From Nitrosopumilus sp. (GTDB lineage Archaea > Thermoproteota > Nitrososphaeria > Nitrososphaerales > Nitrosopumilaceae), in assembly GCA_965205675.1 (NCBI GenBank), contig OZ242186.1:1728001-1792000 (forward strand): DNA of 64,000 bases, in the 5' to 3' direction. The stretch's first letter is position 1, and the number at the start of each line of letters is the position of its first letter. The notes below the pieces were generated by a model. The model had not been told where the DNA came from. It saw only the letters and a program-made list of their open reading frames with translations, and did no database searches. Below are positions 41,763-51,818 of the stretch, one piece after another. The translations under genes and the position numbers were made by a program.

Positions 41763-43046
41763 TTGGAACTACCACGTGGGATGAAAGACTTTGAAGGTGC
41801 AGAAAACGCAAACATTGAACATATCAGGTCACATTTTAAGAAACTATCGACTTTGTATGGATTCTCCTTTATGGACCCATCCCCTATAGAATTACTATCA
41901 ACTTTGGAGACAAAATCTGGTCCTGGAATAAGAGATGAGATTTACTATTTCAAAGACAAAGGAGACAGAGAAGTAGCATTACGTTTTGATTTTACAATGG
42001 GGCTGACAAGATATGCGTCTGCTCAAAAATCAATGAAACTGCCTGCAAAAATCTCAGCCTTTGGTGGGGTGTTCAGATACGATGAACCACAAAAAGGAAG
42101 ATATCGATATTTTCACCAATGGGATATCGAAGTTTATGGTAAAGCCCGCCTTGAATCAGAAGCTGAAATTATAGAAATTACCTCAAGACTATTTGATTCT
42201 TTATTGCTCAAAGATATCACAATTGATATTAATCACAGAAATCTTGTAGAGTCTTACATCAACAAAGTGTTTGATTCCAAAGAACCACAGCTAGTTGCAG
42301 ATATTTTACGAGCAATAGACAAAATTACAAAAAAATCAAAACAACAGATCCTAGAAGAATTTGAAAATAAAGGATATGCAACTGAAAAACTAGAAAAAAT
42401 ATTACAATTCTCACAAATCAAAGGAACTATACAAAAAATAGAAGACACATTTGATGTCTCCCAACTAGAATCCTGGGATAAACTAAAAGCACTAGTTGAG
42501 TCATTAAATAATAGAGGCGTATCAAATGTTAGAATTAATTTCGGTATAGTACGAGGACTGGATTATTATTCGGGAATCGTCTTTGAAGTATTTGATAAAA
42601 ATTCCACTCTGGGTGCATTAGCTGGTGGTGGACGATACGATACTCTAACTAAAGCATTTGGTAGAGAAGACATTGGTGCAACAGGTGTTGCAGGTGGAGT
42701 GGAGAGAATAATGCTAACCATGCAAGAGCAAAAAATAATTCCTCAGACAAACCAAAACAGAGTTGCAGTACTATACATCAATGAAGAGATGCAAAAGGTA
42801 GCTCATTCTATCACATCACTACTAAGACTAAATAATATCCCAACTGACATTGATTTGGCAGGGCGTAACATGAAAAAACAGATGGATATTGCAACTCATG
42901 CAAAGTTTGCAATTATAGTAGGACCTCAAGAACTAGAAAATGGAAATGTAATACTCAAAGATATGGTAAATAGTACTGAAGGAACTATATCCCTAGAGAA
43001 ACTAACTGAAGACCCAAAATCTATTCTTAATTTAGAAACGCTCTAG
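41763..43046 (+). CDS. hisS: Histidine--tRNA ligase
   Basis: PRGMKDF, LRFDFT, FRYDEPQKGRYR, RGLDYYSG, GGGRYD. Confidence 0.97.
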   Translation: MELPRGMKDFEGAENANIEHIRSHFKKLSTLYGFSFMDPSPIELLSTLETKSGPGIRDEIYYFKDKGDREVALRFDFTMGLTRYASAQKSMKLPAKISAFGGVFRYDEPQKGRYRYFHQWDIEVYGKARLESEAEIIEITSRLFDSLLLKDITIDINHRNLVESYINKVFDSKEPQLVADILRAIDKITKKSKQQILEEFENKGYATEKLEKILQFSQIKGTIQKIEDTFDVSQLESWDKLKALVESLNNRGVSNVRINFGIVRGLDYYSGIVFEVFDKNSTLGALAGGGRYDTLTKAFGREDIGATGVAGGVERIMLTMQEQKIIPQTNQNRVAVLYINEEMQKVAHSITSLLRLNNIPTDIDLAGRNMKKQMDIATHAKFAIIVGPQELENGNVILKDMVNSTEGTISLEKLTEDPKSILNLETL

Positions 43047-43692
43047 TTAACATCATAATTTCAGGACCACTAGTCAGAGAACCAACTATTACGCAGTGAT
43101 TATTTACCAAAATTCCTGATGACACATATGGAATACCGTTGTTAATTGAACTCTGCTCAATATTTACGCCTAGTACATTGGCTATAGTTTTCATGTCTTC
43201 CTCATCTGCTTCTGGATGAATTGCAGCACCACTACCGTTTGCAACTAGTACTACTCCTGTTTGATTAAACCCAGCAATTTTTTTCTGAATTACCTCAACT
43301 CCCAAAACATCTGAAATGATTTGACAGTCTTGTTTTGATAACCAAGGAGATACCACTGCACCTTTGTCATTGGCACAAATTACATTTCCTAGTGCATTAA
43401 ATTTTGTATCTAGCACTCCAACTTCTAAATCAGTTTCAACTTTGAGATAATCGTATTCATTTTGATAAGCAGTATTTGGTAATAAAACTCCTTTATTGTT
43501 CATCACTGATAATGCACCAATTAATCGAGTATTTGCAATTGCAGTATGATGAATTTCTATATCTAGATATTTTGCAAGCTTGTCAGATTTGGTTTGAGCA
43601 AATCCCATTGGAACCAGTCCTATACTATCATTTATTGCAATGTATACTCCTAGATTTGGTCCTCTATACACATCATACTTGATAATATCCAT
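43027..43692 (-). CDS. eif6: Translation initiation factor 6 (aIF6)
   Basis: NLGVY, IANTRLIGAL, ALGNVICANDKG, SINNG, GSLTSGPE. Confidence 0.93.
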   Translation of the reverse strand: MDIIKYDVYRGPNLGVYIAINDSIGLVPMGFAQTKSDKLAKYLDIEIHHTAIANTRLIGALSVMNNKGVLLPNTAYQNEYDYLKVETDLEVGVLDTKFNALGNVICANDKGAVVSPWLSKQDCQIISDVLGVEVIQKKIAGFNQTGVVLVANGSGAAIHPEADEEDMKTIANVLGVNIEQSSINNGIPYVSSGILVNNHCVIVGSLTSGPEIMMLTRAFLN

Positions 43693-43802
43693 ATCCAGAG
43701 AATTGCTACTTGATCGTTATGAACGTAAGGAAATTTTCCTACCTAACATGATCTATAGTCTAGTGTATATTCGTAAAACAACTCTCTAGCTTTAAATAAT
43801 AA

Positions 43803-44330
<528 letters not shown>

Positions 44331-44436
44331 GTTTTAGAGATCTAATCCTAGAAATTTTTAATTTTTCTATTCCTTTTTGAATTTAGTCTCAACTAATTTT
44401 GTTTAGATTTAAATAATATTTAGAAATAACGAATTC

Positions 44437-44985
44437 ATGGCAGATTTACAAATACCAGAAGATTTTTGTCACAATGATGTTAAGCCAAAAGGCCAAACAA
44501 ATCATGCAGATGGTGAAAATTTTCACTATATCTGGGGTGACGGAAGATCAGACGGTGCCGCATTCTCAAACGACGATGTAAAAGCAGCTTATGAAGCAAA
44601 AGGAGAAACGCAAGTTCCTCTAGGAATTCATGGTACTACTGTTGCAGTCGATTGGGATTCATGTGTTGCAGCTGGTTCATGCATGAGTGTATGTCCAGTT
44701 CAAACATTCCAATGGTACAGAACTGAAAAAGATATTCCTGCAGACAAAGCTATGGGAGAAACTTTTGAAGGAACTGGCCTTACAGAACAAGACGAAAGAT
44801 TAGATTATACAGACAAATCACAACCAATCAGAGAACACGATTGTACAGTTTGTATGGCCTGTCAAGAAATTTGTCCTGAAGGAGCTATTCGTATAGAATC
44901 AGCTAACCAAGAATGGCACGAGAAAGCAGCCGGAACATATGTAATTATGAAATCTGGTTCTGAAAACCCACACGCACACGATTAA
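44437..44985 (+). CDS. Dicluster ferredoxin (Zfx-like), paralogue 2
   Basis: CVAAGSCMSVCP and CTVCMACQEICP. Confidence 0.92.
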   Translation: MADLQIPEDFCHNDVKPKGQTNHADGENFHYIWGDGRSDGAAFSNDDVKAAYEAKGETQVPLGIHGTTVAVDWDSCVAAGSCMSVCPVQTFQWYRTEKDIPADKAMGETFEGTGLTEQDERLDYTDKSQPIREHDCTVCMACQEICPEGAIRIESANQEWHEKAAGTYVIMKSGSENPHAHD

Positions 44986-44989
44986 AGAA

Positions 44990-45018
44990 ATTTTTTCTTT
45001 TTTCTTATTTTTCTATTT
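44990..45018 (+). terminator. Oligo-T terminator tract
   Basis: Long T-rich run immediately after the ferredoxin stop codon. Confidence 0.55.
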
Positions 45019-45058
45019 CACCTCAACAGATTTTAATCGCTACTATCCAATATTTTTT

Positions 45059-45142
45059 GCAGAGGTCGCCTAGCTCGGTAGGGCGCGGGCCTTGAGAGCC
45101 TGTGTGCGCAAGCATACGGGGGTTCAAATCCCTCTCTCTGCG
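45059..45142 (+). tRNA. tRNA-Ser(TGA)
   Basis: GCAGAGG acceptor, CGGGC-CT-TGA-GA-GCCTG arm, long variable arm, G discriminator. Confidence 0.93.
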
Positions 45143-45299
45143 TTTTCAATTTCCATTTTATTGAAATCTATTCTGAGAATTGCAGCTTAGAATTATTATT
45201 CGATAGGACTTGAAATAATAGAAAAATTCAATTCTGGTTATGAATAGATGATCATACCAGTTATTGCCATAGTTGTAATTATCCATGTGAATTGTTTTT

Positions 45300-45483
45300 A
45301 TACATTTCCTCTCTTTCTATACATCAGGGCATGGCTTTCGCTAGAGAATGGTTTCAATCAAAAGATGGCAGACATGTATCCATACGAGACTATTCTCTCA
45401 ATGCTATCTTCATCCTAGTTAGGATTGTTCGCAGTTATTAGACGAGGCCTTGTCCCTCAATAATTACAACGCGACTTGCAGTC
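45300..45483 (-). ncRNA. Candidate bridge/seek RNA of the IS110 element
   Basis: Stem-loop-stem fold whose loop GTTGTAATTAT is identical to flank 45272-45282; further matches to both element ends. Confidence 0.6.
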
Positions 45484-46477
45484 CTAACTATAATTTTGTA
45501 CAAATTCTCTCCTCTCCTTTAACATCCAATAAATCACCCTCAGGATCTTTGATGCACCAGCTACTGCAGCTTTGGATGATCCTCTTTTCTTTTTAATGCG
45601 ATTGTAAAATTTTGTAATGTCACTATCCTTGGCATGAATTGCATGAGTGTGTATGCATTCTGTTAGAACCCATCTCAATGTCATGCTTCCCCTTTTTGTT
45701 ATTCTGCCATGGTGTATTGTATCTGCAGAGTTTCTAACTGATGGTACAACTCCTGCATATGCACACAGTTTGTGAGAATCATTGAATCTCTCAATATCTG
45801 CAATCTCTGATGCAATGACAAGCGAAGAATAATGCCCAATTCCCGGAATCGAGTTTATCAAAATTGCATCAGGATTAACTTTTACAGCAGCATACACTTT
45901 GGAATTAATCTCTGCAATCTGTAAATTAAGGTGGCTGATTTGTTGCAAGAATCCGTCTATTCTGTAATCTCCTAGTGCCTTGAGTCTTCTGTTGTATGTT
46001 TCAGTGAATGTAACTCCTGGAATCCTGATTCCTTCCTGTAACAATATTCCATGAACTGAATTCTTGACAGATGTTCTCCATTGGATTAGTTTTTTCCTAT
46101 ATCTTACAAGCTGTCTTTGTTGTACAATCTTTTTGTCTGGAACATAACATGTGGCAATGTATCCTCCTCGTAAAAGATCTGCCAATATCTTGGCATCAAT
46201 CTTGTCTGTTTTCTTTTTTGATGTAGCAATTGCCTTTGTCAAATATGGGTTTGAGAGTGTGACGTTTTTGTATCCCAAAGTATCTGTGAGAAATCGATAC
46301 GTGTCATACCAGACTGATGAGGATTCCATTACAATATTTGCAGAAATTGGTATTTTTGCAAAATGCTTCCTGATAGATTCATGAGTGTTATCCACTTTGT
46401 CATTTTGTAATACTTTGCCTGCATCATCCATTTATTACTTGAAGAAACTTCTTGTGCAGGTCAATGCCCACAAACAT
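45484..46477 (-). pseudogene. IS110 transposase with frameshift after codon ~15
   Basis: MFVGIDLHKKFLQVI is out of frame with MDDAGK...VMES...KTDKIDA...SIPGIG...YAGVVPSVRNS. Confidence 0.85.
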
Positions 46478-46633
46478 GCCTTTCTTTGGTTTCTTCCTAA
46501 TCTGTTTGTTTGTAATCTTTTTTGGAGCCGAGTATTTACGAACCTTGGAACTAGATTCATTTTTTATGCTATCTGATTTCCTTGCTTTCTTATTCACATA
46601 TAGTTATTAGAATTATTAGTATATCATTTATTT

Positions 46634-47844
46634 GAGACTTGGGCATAATTAATTCTGATTTTTGAGTTATCTCTCAAATTATTCAAATGGAAAAAGCTAA
46701 AGATCAGCACATCGTGATATCATTGAAATGATAAAAGATGTACAAATCCCTAGGCAACATAAGGTATCAATCATTTCTTATTGGCGTGTTACATTTGGTT
46801 CATCATGCAGTCTGATATTTGTAGCGGCGATAGGTATCAATCATTTCTTATTGGCGTGTTACATTTGGTAGGGACATTATCTTTGTATGAAGATGTACTC
46901 AGAGTCGGTAGACCATACGTGTACTCCACCATTCAGATGATGCAATTGTGCATCGCAGGTCTTGGATGAGAATATCCAGCAACAATACACTATACTATTT
47001 TCTTTTGATTAAATCAACCAATCACAAATTACTCAAGGTTTGTAAATTACAGTAAATCCCAAACCGTAGAACAATTGACAGGCGATTTGAATTTCTACCA
47101 ATTAGTGACATGATTAGTACAATGGGCAACAAATTCATCTCAGATGGATTGGTGGAAAATATTTTAGTACTAGTTGATAGTTCCATGCTAAAAGCTGCTG
47201 AGTCCAGTATAGCAAAAATCAGACATTACACAAAATCGTTTGCCAATTGCAGGAATTGATACTGGTGCCAAAATAGGGTTTCTCCAAATACAAGGGTTGG
47301 ATATTTGGATACAAACTACACATAAGTTGTTCGGCTGGTAAATTGATTGTTCCTTTATCTGCTGATGTCTCAACTGCAAATGTTCATGACAATAAGATGT
47401 ATTGTGAAATAATCAAATCACTTGCAGGGCTGATAAGTAATGTCTTGTGTGATCCAGCATATGATGATGGTTCACTGTACCAGTTTAGCAGCAAGAAAAA
47501 TCTGAGATTGATTACTTCAGTTAAGATATACCCATCAACTCCTCCAGAGAGAATCAAACTTGCAGATTTTTATCATTCTGTGATTGGTCAAGAGTTGTAT
47601 TTGCAAAGAAAAATTTCAATTGAGCCCCTATTTCAAATATTCAAAGATGCATTTGATATCAGAACAGTCCCTGTGAAAGGATCAAATAACGTAGAATCAT
47701 TTGTGCTGATCTGCGTGCTTGTTTATCAGTTGGCAGTGTATTACAATTGTATTACTGGAGTAGAGAATCCAAGAATTGTCAAAAGAATGCTTTGTTGTTG
47801 AAATAATTTAAAACTATTTTTGTAAATCACTATGCCCAAATCTC
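46634..47844 (+). mobile_element. IS982/IS5-like DDE element (1211 bp) with TIR GAGA(C/T)TTGGGCATA, 8-bp TSD and pseudogenised transposase
   Basis: TSD ATTTATTT/ATTTATCT; GRPYVYS, GWIFGYKLH, CDPAYD, RKISIEPLF motifs across broken frames. Confidence 0.88.
46762..46869. repeat. 38-bp perfect direct repeat flanking a 32-bp unique insert
   Basis: AGGTATCAATCATTTCTTATTGGCGTGTTACATTTGGT at 46762-46799 and 46832-46869. Confidence 0.95.
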
Positions 47845-47852
47845 ATTTATCT

Positions 47853-48035
47853 CTCTAGAACCTGTTAAAACAAAAAATAATGAACTACTAATAATTTCAA
47901 TTAATGCATAACCTGGTTATGCATATGTTTTTGTTGCACAAGAACTGGGATTTTTTGAAGATAATGGAGTTAATGTAGAATTAATTTTAAGACAAGATTA
48001 TTATGAATCTCAAGAACTTTATTTGAATAGTAATA
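47853..48035 (+). pseudogene. NMT1/THI5-like ABC substrate-binding protein fragment, interrupted by the IS
   Basis: IN.*PGYAYVFVAQELGFFEDNGVNVEL; frame joins 46590-46633 once the IS and one TSD are removed. Confidence 0.7.
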
Positions 48036-48080
48036 AAGAATTCATTGGGAAATATTATTAAAGTGTTCTACTTGGTATAA

Positions 48081-49028
48081 TTATTTCGTATTTCCTAGTT
48101 CTGCTAACATTGCAGATAATTGAATTTCAGAATTTGCTCCAACTAATACTCTATAATCATACTTTGCAATTATCTCTAAGATATCTGCTAATTTATCATG
48201 TTTTGATTCGAATACTGCAGAGTTTAAATATTTTAGAAAATCTGATTCAGACATTCCATAAACCTTGATTAATTCAATCATCTTTTCTCTGGCTTTTGCA
48301 ACTTTACCTGACAGTGCAATTTTTAAAACTTCATCAACATCACTAGTTTTTGTCAGCCCTGCTGATGATTTTACATTCTCTTCTGTAATTTCACCAATAC
48401 TTGCAGTTGCCTGCATTAGATTAATTGCATGTCTCAAGTCTCCTTCAGAATAATCATAAATTGCTTTGAGACCTTTTTTATCAGTTTTGACTTTTTCTTT
48501 TTTGGCAATAACTTCTAATCTACTAATAACATCTTCTTCAGAGACTGTGGTAAACTTGAAAGTGGCACATCTACTCTGAATTGGATCTATAATTTTTGAA
48601 ATATTATTAGCTATGAAAATAAATCTACAAATTTTTGCAGTATCTTCTATAATTCGTCTTAGTGCCGTTTGTGCATCTCCTGTCATCTCATCGGCTTCAT
48701 CTAAAATGATAATTTTGAATGGAACATCGGTCATTCCTGCAAATCTTGAGAATTTTTTTACCTTTTCTCTGACCATCCCAATCCCTCTTTCATCAGATGC
48801 GTTGAGCTCTAATGTGTAGTCTTTGGAATAATCTCCTAAAATTTGTCTTGCAATACATAGTGCAGTAGTTGTCTTCCCCACTCCTGCAGAACCTGAGAAC
48901 ATCAAATGTGGCATATCTGTTGGATCTTTGATTAGAGCCTCTAAACTTCCAATAATTTCAGTTTGGTTTACAACTTCAGAAAGCTTGACTGGTCGATACT
49001 TTTCTACCCACATACCAGTTTCAGCCAT
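48081..49028 (-). CDS. rfcS: Replication factor C small subunit
   Basis: WVEKYRP, GSAGVGKTT, ELNASDERG, LDEAD, SRC. Confidence 0.96.
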   Translation of the reverse strand: MAETGMWVEKYRPVKLSEVVNQTEIIGSLEALIKDPTDMPHLMFSGSAGVGKTTTALCIARQILGDYSKDYTLELNASDERGIGMVREKVKKFSRFAGMTDVPFKIIILDEADEMTGDAQTALRRIIEDTAKICRFIFIANNISKIIDPIQSRCATFKFTTVSEEDVISRLEVIAKKEKVKTDKKGLKAIYDYSEGDLRHAINLMQATASIGEITEENVKSSAGLTKTSDVDEVLKIALSGKVAKAREKMIELIKVYGMSESDFLKYLNSAVFESKHDKLADILEIIAKYDYRVLVGANSEIQLSAMLAELGNTK

Positions 49029-49118
49029 GTGTATTAAATGCAAAACCCCACTAATAAATCCGAATTGGTTATTGTCATATACCATATCTTAAAATCAAAA
49101 TTTGTCATAATCACTTGC

Positions 49119-49215
49119 GATCAGCCTGAAATTAATTAGGATCAATTGATCTCACTAAATTGTTAACAGAATTGATCGATCCGATACTTGAGGATCTAAA
49201 TCAGAAAAAGTGATC
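49119..49215. promoter_or_regulatory. GATC cluster (7 sites in 97 bp) upstream of gins-mcm
   Basis: GATC at 49119, 49140, 49148, 49174, 49178, 49193, 49212. Confidence 0.6.
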
Positions 49216-49219
49216 TCAG

Positions 49220-49750
49220 ATGGAAATAGATAAAATAGAAAAAGTGCATTCAATTGGATACCGCCTAAAAGATGCTAAGGTTACTGTAAACAAGGATTTC
49301 AAGTATAATGTGGCTGGAATGAAAATTGAAGGCACGCAAGGTGATACTAATAACATGCCTCAATGGGTAGGAAAGATTCTCTCTGATAATGAAATAGGAA
49401 CCCTTGATTCTCCAGATATGATAACTCAATTAAAACAAGCATTATCAAAAGAAAAAATGGTTGGTGAATATCAAATATCTACACTTGATCCTCATTTTTA
49501 CATCAAGCTAAAAGAATCTATGAAGGATCTAAACAATAATGATTTTGATAAGGTGGAGAGTATGATGTTGGAATTATTTAGAATGCGAAGAGGCAAGCTA
49601 GTGAAGATTGCAGATTCCATCAAACTAAATTCCGAACTTTACAACAAACTAACTGTTGAGGAAAATGTTTTCTATAAAACAATTTATGATAACAGTAAAG
49701 AATTTGAAAAACAGATAAGAGGAGATCAAAATAAGCACAGCTCAAGCTAG
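49220..49750 (+). CDS. GINS complex subunit (Gins23-like)
   Basis: NMPQWVG B domain, LDPHFY, RRGKLVKIA...LTVEE; directly upstream of mcm. Confidence 0.85.
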   Translation: MEIDKIEKVHSIGYRLKDAKVTVNKDFKYNVAGMKIEGTQGDTNNMPQWVGKILSDNEIGTLDSPDMITQLKQALSKEKMVGEYQISTLDPHFYIKLKESMKDLNNNDFDKVESMMLELFRMRRGKLVKIADSIKLNSELYNKLTVEENVFYKTIYDNSKEFEKQIRGDQNKHSSS

Positions 49751-51818
49751 CACATTTACTGATTCTGCTTTATCTGATAAAGTAAAAGAATTCTTAATTC
49801 AATTCAAAGACAGAGATGGCAATTACAATTATGTAGATGCAATCGATGAGATGATGCCAAAGAATGCAAAATATATCATAGTTGATTATAATGATTTGGT
49901 TATAGAACCCCAAATTGAAGCAATGTTTTCAGAAAATCCTGATAGAATTTTTGATGCATTTGCAAGAGCAATCAAAGAAGCATTACAAACAAGATTTCCT
50001 GATTATGCAGAAAAAATTAAAGATGAAATTCGTGTAAGACTAATCAATTTTCCATTAGAGCGCAGTCTAAGACAAATTAATGCTGAAACAATTGGAAAAA
50101 TTACCAGTGTCTCTGGAATGGTGGTAAGAGCATCTGAAGTAAAGCCTCTTGCAAAAGAACTAGTTTTTGTGTGCCCTGATGAACATCCAACCAAAGTAAT
50201 TCAACTAAAAGGAATGGATGTAAAAATCCCTATAGTTTGTGATAATCCTAGTTGTAAACATAGAGATTTTGAATTAAAACCCGAAGCAAGCAAGTTTATT
50301 GATTTTCAGATACTAAGACTGCAAGAACTTCCAGAGGACTTACCTCCTGGACAATTACCTCACTATATCGATGTTACCACTAGACAGGATTTAGTAGATA
50401 ATTCAAGGCCAGGGGACAGAATCATACTCACAGGTATGGTCAGAGTAGAACAAGAATCAGTTGCAGGAATCCAAAGAGGCCACAGTGGATTATACCGATT
50501 AAGAATTGAAGGAAATAATATTGAATTTCTTAGTGGACGTGGTTCTAAGACTGATAGAAAAATTGGTAGAGAAGAAATTTCTCCTGAAGAAGAAAAACTA
50601 ATCAGATCACTTGGTCAAAGTTCTGATGTGTATCAAAGATTGATAGATTCTTTTGCACCTCACATTCAAGGTCAAGTATTAATCAAAGAAGCTATTTTAT
50701 TACTAATTGTTGGTTCTAATCAAAAATTACTTGGTGATGGAAGTAAGATTAGGGGAGACATCAACATATTTCTTGTAGGAGATCCTGGTACTGCAAAATC
50801 TGAGATGCTAAAGTTTTGTGCAAGAATTGCACCCAGAGGTTTGTATACTTCTGGTAGAGGTTCTACTGCTGCCGGTCTTACAGCTGCTGTAGTTAGAGAC
50901 AAGACCGGGATTATGATGTTAGAAGCTGGTGCAGTTGTGTTAGGTGATCAAGGTTTGGTAAGTATAGACGAATTCGATAAGATGAAACCCGAGGACCGAA
51001 GTGCATTGCACGAAGTTATGGAACAACAATCTGCAAGTATTGCAAAAGGTGGTATTGTAGCTACGCTAAATGCACGAACTTCAATTCTAGCTGCTGCAAA
51101 TCCAATGTATGGAAAATATGATCCTTTCAAAAATATTACAGAAAATGTCAATTTGCCAATTCCATTGCTTACAAGATTTGACTTGATATTTGTTGTAAGA
51201 GATATTCCAACCAAAGAAAGAGATACACAAATTGCAAAACATATCATTCAAAGAAATACTTCAGTAGGTACTGATAAAAAATCTGTAATTGAAGTTGATT
51301 TACTGACAAAATACCTATCCTATGCAAAACGTGGGGAACCTGAACTAACACAAGAGGCTGAGGCCAAAATTCTTGATTATTATCTCCAAATGAGAAATGT
51401 TGAATCAGAAGAAATGATTACAGTTACACCTAGACAACTTGAAGGTATAATCCGACTTTCAACTGCTAGGGCAAGATTACTTATGAAAGATAAGGTAGAA
51501 GAGGAAGATGCTGAGCGTGCAATCTTCCTAATTCAGAGCATGCTACAAGACGCTGGAGTGGATGTCAATACTGGTAAAGTAGATCTGGGTGTGTTACAAG
51601 GCAAGCCAAGAAGTGAAGTTTCAAAGATGCAATTATTCATGGATATACTCAAAGGTATTGAAGGTGATAACAAGATCCCAGCAGAAGAAAAGGCCTTTGT
51701 CAGAGAATTAGAAAAGAGTGAGAAATTCACCGAGGAGGAGGCAAGAAATTACATTAGAAGAATGCTTAGAGAAGCATCTATTTATGAATCAAAACCCGGT
51801 CATTATAACCGCGTATGA
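49731..51818 (+). CDS. mcm: MCM replicative helicase (apparent ATA start; first ATG at 49851)
   Basis: GDPGTAKS, IDEFDKM, AAANP, TRFDL, TPRQLE; frame open from the ATA following GGAG. Confidence 0.95.
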   Translation: MSTAQASTFTDSALSDKVKEFLIQFKDRDGNYNYVDAIDEMMPKNAKYIIVDYNDLVIEPQIEAMFSENPDRIFDAFARAIKEALQTRFPDYAEKIKDEIRVRLINFPLERSLRQINAETIGKITSVSGMVVRASEVKPLAKELVFVCPDEHPTKVIQLKGMDVKIPIVCDNPSCKHRDFELKPEASKFIDFQILRLQELPEDLPPGQLPHYIDVTTRQDLVDNSRPGDRIILTGMVRVEQESVAGIQRGHSGLYRLRIEGNNIEFLSGRGSKTDRKIGREEISPEEEKLIRSLGQSSDVYQRLIDSFAPHIQGQVLIKEAILLLIVGSNQKLLGDGSKIRGDINIFLVGDPGTAKSEMLKFCARIAPRGLYTSGRGSTAAGLTAAVVRDKTGIMMLEAGAVVLGDQGLVSIDEFDKMKPEDRSALHEVMEQQSASIAKGGIVATLNARTSILAAANPMYGKYDPFKNITENVNLPIPLLTRFDLIFVVRDIPTKERDTQIAKHIIQRNTSVGTDKKSVIEVDLLTKYLSYAKRGEPELTQEAEAKILDYYLQMRNVESEEMITVTPRQLEGIIRLSTARARLLMKDKVEEEDAERAIFLIQSMLQDAGVDVNTGKVDLGVLQGKPRSEVSKMQLFMDILKGIEGDNKIPAEEKAFVRELEKSEKFTEEEARNYIRRMLREASIYESKPGHYNRV

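Larger units (their letters stand above)
45281..46572 (-). mobile_element. IS110-family element with ~200-bp 3' non-coding region
   Basis: DEDD transposase; both junctions share TATC (45280-45283, 46570-46573); ends inferred. Confidence 0.8.

Noticed and set aside
46762-46869. Bona fide CRISPR array
   Set aside because: Only two repeats, the repeat is transposase coding sequence, and no cas genes are nearby; kept only as a possible ectopic integration
49086-49219. Canonical ORB-type replication origin
   Set aside because: No cdc6/orc1 adjacent and no ORB with G-string recognised
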